From assembly GCA_038323185.1 (NCBI GenBank), contig JBBQGR010000001.1:1-41340 (forward strand): DNA of 41,340 bases. The letters run 5' to 3'. The number at the start of each line of letters is the position of its first letter. The first letter of the stretch is position 1. Under the pieces are notes generated by a model. It searched no databases, was not told the origin of the DNA, and was given only the letters and a program-made list of their open reading frames with translations. Below, piece by piece: positions 23,014 to 31,512 of the stretch. The translations under genes and the position numbers were made by a program. The DNA comes from Phycisphaerales bacterium (GTDB lineage: Bacteria; Planctomycetota; Phycisphaerae; Phycisphaerales; UBA1924).

Positions 23014-24453
23014 TCACTCCTCCAGCGTCTTCTTCCGCCGCAGCACGTGGTGGTAGTGCTGGGCGAACCTGTGTGCCTCGTCGCGGATGGCCTGGCAGAG
23101 CTTGAGGGCGATGTTGGTGCGAGGAAGCCGGATCGGCTCGGTGCGTTCCTGCACGTAGATCAGTTCTTCCTTCTTCGCGAGCGAGATCACCATCGGGGGC
23201 TTGCGCATCAGGAGTGCGAAGGCTTCGAGGGCCGCGTGGAGCTGGCCGAGGCCGCCGTCGATGATGATGACGTCGGGGTAGAGCTCCTGGCCGTCGCCAG
23301 CCTCGCGGTATCTGCGGCAGACAACTTCGCGGATGCTCGCATAGTCGTCGTTGCCCCCCTCCACGGTCTTGATGCGATACCGCCGGTACTCGCTCTTGAA
23401 TGGGCGGCCGTCAATGAAGCTGACTTTGCTGCCCACGGTCTCGCCGCCCTTGAGGTGCGCGATGTCGATGCACTCGACGCAGCGGATGGCCTCGTCGAGG
23501 CCGAGGACTTTCTGCAGGGCGCGCAGGGCTTTGTCGGGCTCAAAGATCATGCTCTCGGCCTCGGGCTGCCAACCGTCGGACATCTCGGCCCGGTCGCCGA
23601 GCTTCTCGATGGCGCGGAGCTGGTCGCGCAGCGCAGCGGCCTTCTCGTACTTTCGCTGGCCCGCCGCGGCGTTCATCTCCTCGCTCAGCTCGCGCAGCAT
23701 CTGGCTGCGCTTGCTCGTCAGGAAGCGCGTGAAGCGCTCGACGTCCTCGCGGTATGGCTCCTTGCCGATCTTGTCGGCGCACGGCGCGGTGCACTGGTTG
23801 ATCGAATAGAGCAGGCACGGCCTGAAGCGCGCGTTGCCCGGCGCGTTGGCGATGATGTCGAGCTTGCAGGTTCGGAACTTGAAGACGCGCTGCAGCATCG
23901 CAACCGCCTCGCGTAGCGCGCTGGCAGAGGCAAACGGGCCATAGATCTTTGCGCTCTTCATCTCGGGAGCGATCGTGCCATCATCGCGCACGCCCGCCGG
24001 GTTGCGCGTGACGAAGATGCGCGGGAAGTCCTCGCGGGTCGTCACAACGAGGTAGGGGAACGTCTTGTCGTCCGTGAGCCGCACGTTGAAGCGAGGGCGG
24101 ATGTCCTTGATGAGGCGATTCTCGGTCAGGAGCGCTTCCCACTCGCTCTCGCAGAGGAGGAACTCGAAGTCGTGCACGTGATCCAGAAGTTCCTGCTTCT
24201 TGCCGCCCAGGTCTGCGGAGGGGACGAAGTAGCTCGAGACGCGCTCGGGGAGTGCCGCGGCCTTGCCGACGTAGAGAACCACGCCGGTGGAGTCTTTCAT
24301 GAGATAGACACCGGGGACTCTTGCGAGCTGGCGCGACTTGCCCAGCAGTCGCGCGAGTCGCAGCTCGCGCGACTCCGTGCCCCAGGGGGGCGGCGCGTTC
24401 TTGTCGAGGAAGCCCTCGGCGTCGGTGGGTGCTGGGATCGGGTCGTCGGGCAC
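23014..24453 (-). CDS. uvrC: excinuclease ABC subunit C, short form lacking the C-terminal (HhH)2 domain
   Basis: GIY-YIG (GVYLMKDSTGVVLYVGKAAALPERVSSYF), UVR domain (QRKYEKAAALRDQLRAIEKL), and endonuclease domain ending AIRDEAHRFAQHYH. The protein stops about 12 residues later, at 479 aa. Confidence 0.85.
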   Translation of the reverse strand: MPDDPIPAPTDAEGFLDKNAPPPWGTESRELRLARLLGKSRQLARVPGVYLMKDSTGVVLYVGKAAALPERVSSYFVPSADLGGKKQELLDHVHDFEFLLCESEWEALLTENRLIKDIRPRFNVRLTDDKTFPYLVVTTREDFPRIFVTRNPAGVRDDGTIAPEMKSAKIYGPFASASALREAVAMLQRVFKFRTCKLDIIANAPGNARFRPCLLYSINQCTAPCADKIGKEPYREDVERFTRFLTSKRSQMLRELSEEMNAAAGQRKYEKAAALRDQLRAIEKLGDRAEMSDGWQPEAESMIFEPDKALRALQKVLGLDEAIRCVECIDIAHLKGGETVGSKVSFIDGRPFKSEYRRYRIKTVEGGNDDYASIREVVCRRYREAGDGQELYPDVIIIDGGLGQLHAALEAFALLMRKPPMVISLAKKEELIYVQERTEPIRLPRTNIALKLCQAIRDEAHRFAQHYHHVLRRKKTLEE

Positions 24454-24710
24454 GCATGACTCTACCGCGGCCGTTTGAGGTGGGAAGCTGGCGTTGAGCC
24501 AGCCTCCAGGCGGGCTGTCTCAACTCCGCGAGCAGCTCACGAGGCGTTGCATTACGGCTCGCGATTGCCATGAACGGCTAGAGGGGCCGAGAATTGTGGC
24601 CGCGGCGCTCGATGCGGCTGAAGTGGGCTTGGTGCCGGGCCGATGTCGAGCGACGGAGGGTGTGGTGCTTAGCGCTAGTGCGCTGCGGCTCGAACACCTG
24701 ATTGATGGGA

Positions 24711-24726
24711 GTGTCCGAGCGGACAC
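24711..24726. promoter_or_regulatory. 16-nt palindrome GTGTCCG-AG-CGGACAC, 20 nt upstream of the chemoreceptor start codon
   Basis: Read directly. 7-bp perfect arms. Followed by AAAAAGGGG (RBS-like) and ATG 24746. Confidence 0.4.
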
Positions 24727-24745
24727 ATGAAAAAGGGGTTCGAGC

Positions 24746-26437
24746 ATGGGCCCGATACATCGTTGGACCATCTCGAGCAAGATCATTGGGATGGTGGCGA
24801 TCCTCGTCGTCGGGGCGGTGATGCTGAACACCTGGGTAATCGCCGATGGTGCTCGCGCGGCTTCGATTCGTGCTATTGAGCGCGAGGCGGCGGCGATCAC
24901 GGCGGTTGCCGAGCACATCGGTGAGTTCAACGCGCGGCATGGTGCGCAGGGAGCAGACGGTGAGTTGTCCGCGTGCGGCGTCGAGGCGTGGCTTGATGCA
25001 CGCACGGTGGTCGAGCGTGATGGACTTCGGATCGGCGTTGTGGGATATGCGTCGCGCGAGCCGCGCGATGAGACCAGTGCCCTTGGATTCCGAGGGCGGA
25101 TGCTTTCGGAACTTCGGGACGCTACGCGGACTGGCGGCAGCGGCACGCTCACGCGGGTTGATCACGCGACGAACTCGCTCTACTTCATGCGCGCAGTTCG
25201 CACGCAGCGGTCGTGCATCGAGTGTCACGGCGAGTCGGGCGCGAGCGTCGCGACGAGTGCGCAACGCGTGATGCTCGCGGCCCGCGCGGGCCGTGGGCTG
25301 CGCGAGGGCGAGATCGATGGTGCGCTCGAGGTGGTCATGCCGCTGGCGGGAATTGATGATCAGAGCGCGTCTCTCGCACTCGGCGGTGTGGTGTGGGCGC
25401 TGGTTGCTGCGGGTGCTGGCGTTGGCCTCCTCGCGTTCGTGCTGCGGCGGATGCTGGACGCACGGCTGCGCGTGCTTGTCGAGATGGTCGAATCGCTGGA
25501 GCGGGGCGAGCTCACGCGGCGCGACTCGGTTAACGGGAGCGATCAGATTGGGCGGATCGGCAGGGCCATTCGCGTGATCGCGATGCGTCTGAGAGCTTCA
25601 GTCGCGGAGGTTGCGGGCGTGACGCGTGAGGTCGCGGCGGTCTCCGCACGACTTGCGTCGCTGGAGCCAGCGACGGATGCGGCGCACGGACACGCCAGCC
25701 TGGATCGTGCACGGCTTGCGGCGGCGATCAGCGAGATGTCGTCGGGGCTGGCAACGCTTGCGAGGTCTGGGCAGGAGGCCTGCGTTGCGGCGAGCGAGTC
25801 TGCCGCGGCGGGAGCCGAGAGTGCCGAGGTGCTTCAGCGGGCAAGCGTCGCGATCGTGGAAGTGGGGCAGGAGGCGGGTCCATCGGCTGTTTCGGTCGCG
25901 GCCATTGGCGCGCGGGGTGATTGCATCGTGCAGCTTGCTGCGCTGATCAGCGAGCTCGCGGACGAGACGAATCTGCTGGCGCTCAACGCCGCGATTGAGG
26001 CAGCGCGTGGGGGCGATGATGGCCGCGGCTTCGCGATGGTCGCCGAAGAGGTTCGCAAGCAGGCCGAACTCACCGCACGCGCGAGCGAAGAGGTGACGCT
26101 GGCGATCAAGGAGCTGCAGCGCGAGGCGCTGGGTGTCGCGCAGGGCATCGAGGCTGACCGTGATCGGCTTGATCGCGGCGCGGCGGTGCTCGTTGAAGCG
26201 AGCGAGGCCCTGACACGGATGGCGAGCATCTCGCAAGCCGCCACGGGCGTGGTAGGGTCGATCACCAGCGAGGTTGAGGCGCGCGGCGAGATGGCAGAGA
26301 GTCTCGCGAGGAGTCTTGCAGAGATCATCACCGACGAGCGCGGCAGCGATGCGGGCTCGGAGCGGGCGCACGCGGCGATGGTCCTTGGTGAACAGTCCGA
26401 GAAGCTGCAGGCCCTAGTCGCGCGATTTCGGCTTTGA
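24746..26437 (+). CDS. methyl-accepting chemotaxis protein with a periplasmic haem-c (CxxCH, DUF3365/Tll0287-like) sensor domain and HAMP
   Basis: N-terminal TM, then [10 protein letters not shown] in the periplasmic region, a second TM ([19 protein letters not shown]), a HAMP-like linker, and the MCP signalling core [35 protein letters not shown]. Confidence 0.85.
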   Translation: MGPIHRWTISSKIIGMVAILVVGAVMLNTWVIADGARAASIRAIEREAAAITAVAEHIGEFNARHGAQGADGELSACGVEAWLDARTVVERDGLRIGVVGYASREPRDETSALGFRGRMLSELRDATRTGGSGTLTRVDHATNSLYFMRAVRTQRSCIECHGESGASVATSAQRVMLAARAGRGLREGEIDGALEVVMPLAGIDDQSASLALGGVVWALVAAGAGVGLLAFVLRRMLDARLRVLVEMVESLERGELTRRDSVNGSDQIGRIGRAIRVIAMRLRASVAEVAGVTREVAAVSARLASLEPATDAAHGHASLDRARLAAAISEMSSGLATLARSGQEACVAASESAAAGAESAEVLQRASVAIVEVGQEAGPSAVSVAAIGARGDCIVQLAALISELADETNLLALNAAIEAARGGDDGRGFAMVAEEVRKQAELTARASEEVTLAIKELQREALGVAQGIEADRDRLDRGAAVLVEASEALTRMASISQAATGVVGSITSEVEARGEMAESLARSLAEIITDERGSDAGSERAHAAMVLGEQSEKLQALVARFRL

Positions 26438-26555
26438 ACACACTGGGATTGCCGCTCCTTCGCTTGGCGATGCGGCGAGGCAACCATCGCGCGTTGGGAT
26501 TGGAGCAAGGACTTCGACGCAAGCGACATCCAGACGGGGACACGCCGTGAAGTTG

Positions 26556-26595
26556 GGCGGTCTGGGCGTCGATGTTGAGGTCGGCGGTCTGGGCG
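26556..26595. promoter_or_regulatory. two 13-bp direct repeats GGCGGTCTGGGCG (26556-26568 and 26583-26595)
   Basis: Read directly. Start-to-start spacing is 27 bp. They lie 34-73 nt upstream of ATG 26629. Confidence 0.4.
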
Positions 26596-26628
26596 ATCCG
26601 CCTCAGAAACTTCGCTCGCGGGAACCAG

Positions 26629-27270
26629 ATGGCCAAGCGTCGAGACGACAAACTCAAGGAAGAGACCGCCACGACCGCCAACGGTCTGGACTGGTCGCGC
26701 AAGACTGTCTTCACGACTGGTGAGGCGGCCGAGGTCTGCAACGTGAGTCAGCAGACGATCATCCGGAGCTTTGATGCCGGGCGGCTCTCTGGGTTCAAGG
26801 TGCCGGGGAGCAAGTTCCGGCGGATTCCGCGTGAGGAACTGGTGAGGTTCATGCGGTCCAACGGCATGCCGCTGGAAGTGATTTCTGCTCGGTCCGCGCG
26901 GGTGTTGTGCGTCTGCGAGGCGGGGCTTGGCGCGGAGCTGCGCCGCGCGTTTGATGGTGTCGATGGGATCGATCTGCGAGTGTGCGAGGATGGGTTTGAG
27001 GGCGGGCTGCTGGTGGAGCGGCTGCGTCCGGCTTGTGTGATCCTTGATGCGTCGGTGCTTGGTGATCGGCTCGCGCACGCGTGCCGCGCGTGCCGCGAGG
27101 GCGATGCAAGCCGCGGGACGCTGGTGCTGGTGGTGCGAAGCGAGCCCGTCGCGATGGCGGACGGCTCGATTCGTGAGGGTGATGCGGCGCTGATTCGCCG
27201 TTGGGTTGAGCAGTCGATGGCGAGCATGCGGAGTGGGGCCATGGCTACTCAGACACGGGGACACGGCTGA
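26629..27270 (+). CDS. excisionase-type HTH (HTH_17) DNA-binding protein fused to a degenerate receiver-like domain
   Basis: TTGEAAEVCNVSQQTIIRSFDAGRLSGFKVPGSKFRRIPREELVRFM is followed by RVLCVCEAG...ACVILDASV. This is receiver-like and keeps the central Asp, but lacks the N-terminal acidic pair. The stop overlaps the next start (TGATG). Confidence 0.65.
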   Translation: MAKRRDDKLKEETATTANGLDWSRKTVFTTGEAAEVCNVSQQTIIRSFDAGRLSGFKVPGSKFRRIPREELVRFMRSNGMPLEVISARSARVLCVCEAGLGAELRRAFDGVDGIDLRVCEDGFEGGLLVERLRPACVILDASVLGDRLAHACRACREGDASRGTLVLVVRSEPVAMADGSIREGDAALIRRWVEQSMASMRSGAMATQTRGHG

Positions 27271-29105
27271 TGGCAATCAAGCCCGGCACAGTTGAGGCGA
27301 TTCTCACCAAGCTTGGCGAGCTCCCGACGCTTCCGTCGGTAGCGACGCGCCTGCTCAGCGCGGGCTCGACTGATAAGGCCGAGATTGATGAGATCGCGAA
27401 GATCATCGAGACAGATCCGGCGCTGACAGCGCGGATCCTGGGCCTTTGCAGACGCTCGGACCGCGGGCTTGGCGATCGCGTCACGACGGTGAAGCGTGCG
27501 GTGGTGATGCTCGGGCTTGAGTCGGTGCGTGCCGCGGCGCTCTCGGTGTGTGTCTATGACACGCTCGGGAAGGATGTCGAGGAAGAGCGTCGACAGATCG
27601 ATGAGGCGAGCGCCGCGAAGGCGGGCAACGGCGAGGGAGTTGCGTTTGATCGCAATGGATTCTGGAAGTACTCGATCGCGGTGGCGTGTGCCGCGGAGCT
27701 GATCGCGGGCGAGAATGCCCGGCTGCGGATCGTTCCCGAGGAGGCCTTCCTCGCGGGGCTGATGCACGGCGTGGGGAAGCTTGCGCTGGCCCACGTGCTG
27801 CCCCGGGCGTATGGCCAGGTGCTGCGGCTGGCGCAAATGCGAGCAATCGACGCGCCCGCCGTTGAGCGAGAGCTTTTGGGCATCGACCATCACACTGCGG
27901 GCCGGCGTCTTGCGGAGCACTGGGGCCTGCCGGAGCATGTGCAGCGCGTGATCTGGCTGCACGCGCAGCCGGATCTGTGGCCAGCCGCAGGTGAGGGCCC
28001 CGGCATGGTCAAGCTGGTGGCGCTGGCGCGGGCGCTGTGCCGCCACCTGCACCTTGGCAGCAGCGGCGACTATGGCGTTCCCGATGTTGTGACGCCTCTG
28101 GCGGACTCAATGTCGATCCGGCGCGGCGCCCTGGACGCGGTCGTTGGTCCGCTGCACGCCGCGGTTTCGGATCGGCTGCGGGTGCTGGGGCTTGATGAGA
28201 CCACACCGCCCGCGCTGCTGCTCGAGAGTCTGACGAATGCGAACCGGCAGCTTGCGCTGGTGAACGCGGCGATGCGGCAGCGCTCGCTCGCGAGCCAGGC
28301 TCTGGGCATTATGCTCGGCGCGATCCGCGGGATCGTGGCCGAGGCCTCGACGTGCGCGACTGAGGGAGCGGCAGCGAACTTCGTGCTCGGATCGGCGCGG
28401 CGTGCCGCGGGGCTCAAACGCGGCGGGATTGTGGTCAGCCGTCCCGATGGCGTGGCGCTGTGGTGCGCCAGCGATACCTCGACGCGGGCGCTGATGGCGC
28501 CGGCGTCGCTCGCGCAGGAGCTTGTAGCGGGCGAGATCTCGACCTCCAGCCGCATTGTGCTTGTAGGTGGGGTTGCGCGTGCGGGCGGAATGGACATTGA
28601 CCCGAGCAACTCGATCGTGATCCTGCTCGGGCACGGGACGTGCATGGTGGGCGAGCGCGAGCCGGGCGCCATGGGCGACGATCGGACGCTGCGCCCGCTG
28701 GCGGAGGCGTGGGGAATGCTGATCGCGGCGGCTCGTGATCGCGAGCTTTCTCGGCGCCGCGCCGAGCGGCTCCAAGAGTCGGGGCGGGTCCTGGAGCAGA
28801 TGCAGCGAGCGTTGGCGGAGAAGGCCGGGTCGCCCGAGTCTGTCGCGCGATCGCAGACGCTGGCCCGCGCAGTGGCGGACCGAATGCCGGTGATTGAGGG
28901 CCATGCGGCGATGCTTCGGTCGCGCCGGCTGGAGGCGGCGGATGCCGCGTCGGTGGAGGCGATTCTCGCAGCCGCCGCGATCATCGCAAGCAGCCACGCG
29001 GCAAGCCAGCCCGCGAGCCAGCCCGCGAGCCAGATTGCGACCGCGCCGGTCGTGCCTCAGCCAAGCACGCTTAACGCGGCGGTCCCTGTGGCCAAGGCCG
29101 CATAG
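27270..29105 (+). CDS. HDOD domain protein with a roughly 300-aa C-terminal region of unknown function
   Basis: LPTLPSVATRLLSAGSTDKAEIDEIAKIIETDPALTARILGLCRRS...VKRAVVMLGLESVRAAALSV, then GLMHGVGKLAL and IDHHTAGRRLAEHWGLPEHV. The C-terminal half has no recognised motif and ends in a SQPASQPASQ repeat. Confidence 0.8.
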   Translation: MAIKPGTVEAILTKLGELPTLPSVATRLLSAGSTDKAEIDEIAKIIETDPALTARILGLCRRSDRGLGDRVTTVKRAVVMLGLESVRAAALSVCVYDTLGKDVEEERRQIDEASAAKAGNGEGVAFDRNGFWKYSIAVACAAELIAGENARLRIVPEEAFLAGLMHGVGKLALAHVLPRAYGQVLRLAQMRAIDAPAVERELLGIDHHTAGRRLAEHWGLPEHVQRVIWLHAQPDLWPAAGEGPGMVKLVALARALCRHLHLGSSGDYGVPDVVTPLADSMSIRRGALDAVVGPLHAAVSDRLRVLGLDETTPPALLLESLTNANRQLALVNAAMRQRSLASQALGIMLGAIRGIVAEASTCATEGAAANFVLGSARRAAGLKRGGIVVSRPDGVALWCASDTSTRALMAPASLAQELVAGEISTSSRIVLVGGVARAGGMDIDPSNSIVILLGHGTCMVGEREPGAMGDDRTLRPLAEAWGMLIAAARDRELSRRRAERLQESGRVLEQMQRALAEKAGSPESVARSQTLARAVADRMPVIEGHAAMLRSRRLEAADAASVEAILAAAAIIASSHAASQPASQPASQIATAPVVPQPSTLNAAVPVAKAA

Positions 29106-29121
29106 GGCGGCCAGGCCGCCC
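29105..29121 (+). terminator. GC-only hairpin GGGCGGC-CAG-GCCGCCC overlapping the HDOD stop codon
   Basis: 7-bp perfect stem. No T-run, so the terminator call is weak. Confidence 0.3.
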
Positions 29122-29296
29122 AAGCAATCCACCCGCTTCAGGCCGCAACCTCCGCAGAATCAGTACAAACCAACGGTTGGCCTCAACCCGTCCCGTCGAG
29201 ACGCCGATCTCTCGACGGCCCCAAGCCATGAGGACCACGATGCGCCACAATCAAACCGATACACACGATTCACATCGAACTCTACATGGAGCAGAC

Positions 29297-30325
29297 ATGC
29301 AGGTGCTGGTGGTCTCGCACGAGCCCGCCCGGCGCCGAGATGTCGAGGCCGCGCTCGCGGGTCTGGTCGCGGCGGTCTCTGGTGTGGCGGATTTGCCGGG
29401 GCCCGATGCGTGTGGCCACTTTGATGTTGTGCTGATCGATGTTGCCGCGCTCGCTGAGCACAGTGGCTCAACGCTGCTGGTGCCTGCGGGGACGGCGCTC
29501 GTGGTGGTGGGGCGTGGGCAGGAAGCGATGGAACTTCGGGCCGCGATGCGCGCGGGCGCGAATGATGTTGTTGATCAGGCTCTGACCGGGAGTGCGCTTC
29601 TGAAGCGGCTTGTCGGCGCGTGCGATGTGGCTCGCTCGCGGGCAGCTCGCGCGAGCGCGGATCGCCGCCGCACGACCGACCTTCGGCGCGGTGCGTTGGA
29701 GCTTGATCGGGCGCAGACGGAGCTTGATCGGCAGATGGACCGGATCTGTGCGGATCTGTCGAGAGCTCCCGGCTCGCTCTCGCTCCAGGTTCGTGACGTT
29801 GCGATGGCGAGCGAGCTCAACACGCTGCTGAGGCAGGAGCTCGAGCTTGAGGGGCTGCTGCGAACAACGCTGGAGTTTGCCGCACGCCGGATCGGGAGCG
29901 CGAACGCCGCGATCTTCCTGACCGAGCACGCGGGAGACTTTGGCCTTGGCGCGTACGTGAACTATGACTGCCCGCGCGACACCGCCGAGGAGTTGCTCGA
30001 AGAGATGGCTGGCTCGCTCGCGCCGTGCCTGGCGCAGCGCGATGGGGTGGTGTTGCTTGCTCGCAATGAAGACGTGCGCGAGGTGGTGGGAAGCCGGTGC
30101 GCCTGGCTGGATGATTCCGCGGTGTGCTCGTGCGTTTGCAAGCCGGATGGGGAGTGCCTGGGCGTGGTCGTCTTCTTCAGGGACGTGCGACAGGGGTTCA
30201 GCGAGATCGACCAGGCGACCGTGCGCGTCATCTCGGCGTTGTTCGGGCGACAGTTGTCGCGCGTCGTCAAGACCAGCACGCGGCACAAGCCCGCCGACGC
30301 ATGGGACACCGATATCGCGGCGTGA
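29297..30325 (+). CDS. degenerate receiver-like domain fused to a GAF-like domain
   Basis: MQVLVVSHEP...FDVVLIDVAAL has a receiver-like layout with SH in place of the DD pair. The C-terminal half (LLRTTLEFAARRIGSANAAIFLTE...CLGVVVFFRD...FSEIDQATVRVISALFGRQL) resembles a GAF fold. I chose ATG 29297 because GGAG lies 5 nt upstream; 29228 is an alternative. Confidence 0.5.
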   Translation: MQVLVVSHEPARRRDVEAALAGLVAAVSGVADLPGPDACGHFDVVLIDVAALAEHSGSTLLVPAGTALVVVGRGQEAMELRAAMRAGANDVVDQALTGSALLKRLVGACDVARSRAARASADRRRTTDLRRGALELDRAQTELDRQMDRICADLSRAPGSLSLQVRDVAMASELNTLLRQELELEGLLRTTLEFAARRIGSANAAIFLTEHAGDFGLGAYVNYDCPRDTAEELLEEMAGSLAPCLAQRDGVVLLARNEDVREVVGSRCAWLDDSAVCSCVCKPDGECLGVVVFFRDVRQGFSEIDQATVRVISALFGRQLSRVVKTSTRHKPADAWDTDIAA

Positions 30326-30358
30326 TCGTGCGTGATGACGTGCGAAGCGACGGTTACG

Positions 30359-30931
30359 TCACGACAGCGGCTTGCTCAGGATGCAACTGCGATAGTTGGT
30401 GTAGGGCCACTGCCAGTGGTCCACGAGGCGGTAGCCACGCTTGATGTAAAAATCAAAGAGCTCGGTATCGGGCTCGGCCATGGAGCAGGCGAGCTCGACC
30501 GCCTTGTTCTCGCGTGCGCGGCGTTCGACCTGCTCCAGGAGCAAGCGGCCAATGCCGCAGCCTTGCACGTCTGGATCCACGCCGAACTGTGCGAAGTGGG
30601 CGACTTCTGGCCTCAGGAAGAATGACGGGAAGGTGACCTTCTCGTGCTCCTCAAAGAGGATGACGCCGACAACGCGCTCGGCAGAATACGACTCACCTTG
30701 CCTGAGGGCGAGATAGCACTCGCTGTTGGCCGCGCGTTCGCGAGTGATGGAGTCGTCCTGCCTTCCGGCCAGCGGCTGAAGTCCCATCGCGACTTGCTTC
30801 GCATACGCGCGATGAAGGAGCGAGGTGATCGCAGAGACCTGATCCTCCGGGCGAATCGGGCGGACGATGATCGGGCTCGCGGCGGGCGAGTTGTGCATGG
30901 GCTGGGGCTGTGTCGGCTTCTGGATGGACAT
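30359..30931 (-). CDS. GNAT-family N-acetyltransferase
   Basis: Acetyl-CoA motif A: QFGVDPDVQGCGIGRLLLEQVERRARENKAVEL. 190 aa from ATG 30931; the 373-aa track ORF is over-extended. Confidence 0.75.
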   Translation of the reverse strand: MSIQKPTQPQPMHNSPAASPIIVRPIRPEDQVSAITSLLHRAYAKQVAMGLQPLAGRQDDSITRERAANSECYLALRQGESYSAERVVGVILFEEHEKVTFPSFFLRPEVAHFAQFGVDPDVQGCGIGRLLLEQVERRARENKAVELACSMAEPDTELFDFYIKRGYRLVDHWQWPYTNYRSCILSKPLS

Positions 30932-31009
30932 CAAGATGAAAGCGTAGACTGCGGCCCGATGAAGGGACACGCACAGCGCCTGGCGGTGGGAGGGGCAGAC
31001 TTTGCCGCG

Positions 31010-31447
31010 ATGGGAGTGCGAAGGCCTCCCAGCAGTGGCGTCACGCGCGTGCGGGTTCGCTATTGCGAGTGCGATCCGATGGGGGTTGCACACCACGCGG
31101 CGTACATCCCGTGGCTTGAGATCGGCCGCACCGAGATGCTGCGAGAGAGTGGCGTTTCGTACGCGCAGCTGGAGGGTGCGGGCGTCTTCCTCGTGATCGT
31201 CAAGCTGGAGGTGCGGTATCGCAGGCCGATCCTCTATGACGACATGTTGGAGGTGAGGACGCGCGTCCAGCCTGGTTCGAGCAAGGTCAAGATCGAGCAC
31301 GACTACGACATCGTGGTTGTGGAACGCGGCGGCGCGATGCGTGATGAGCCCGTGGCCGCGGCCTCCACAACGCTGGCATGCGTGGACCGCGAGGGGCGGG
31401 TGCAGGTGCTGCCGGAGTGGCTCGCCCAGAACCCGGCGGGCACGTGA
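31010..31447 (+). CDS. acyl-CoA thioesterase, 4HBT/YbgC family
   Basis: VRVRYCECDPMGVAHHAAYIPWLEIGRTEMLRESGVSYAQLE...VIVKLEVRYRRPILYDDMLEV matches the hot-dog YbgC pattern. 145 aa from ATG 31010. Confidence 0.8.
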   Translation: MGVRRPPSSGVTRVRVRYCECDPMGVAHHAAYIPWLEIGRTEMLRESGVSYAQLEGAGVFLVIVKLEVRYRRPILYDDMLEVRTRVQPGSSKVKIEHDYDIVVVERGGAMRDEPVAAASTTLACVDREGRVQVLPEWLAQNPAGT

Positions 31448-31512
31448 ATGGGAGTGCAGGGAGTGGCGGTTGCGGAGCACGGCGGGACGCGCTCTGGTAT
31501 TCTTGGGCGAAC

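Noticed and set aside
22444-23017. Remnants of a UvrC helix-hairpin-helix domain in the minus-strand frames under the DUF4160/DUF2442 cassette
   Set aside because: The three minus-strand translations show no GIGxxxxxxLL-type HhH pattern, so the window offers no direct evidence that the cassette truncated uvrC.
25834-27276. 480-aa minus-strand ORF spanning the MCP 3' end and the HTH gene
   Set aside because: It is antisense to two genes with clear domain motifs. The composition is low-complexity and Arg/Pro/Ser-rich, and the ORF crosses an intergenic gap.
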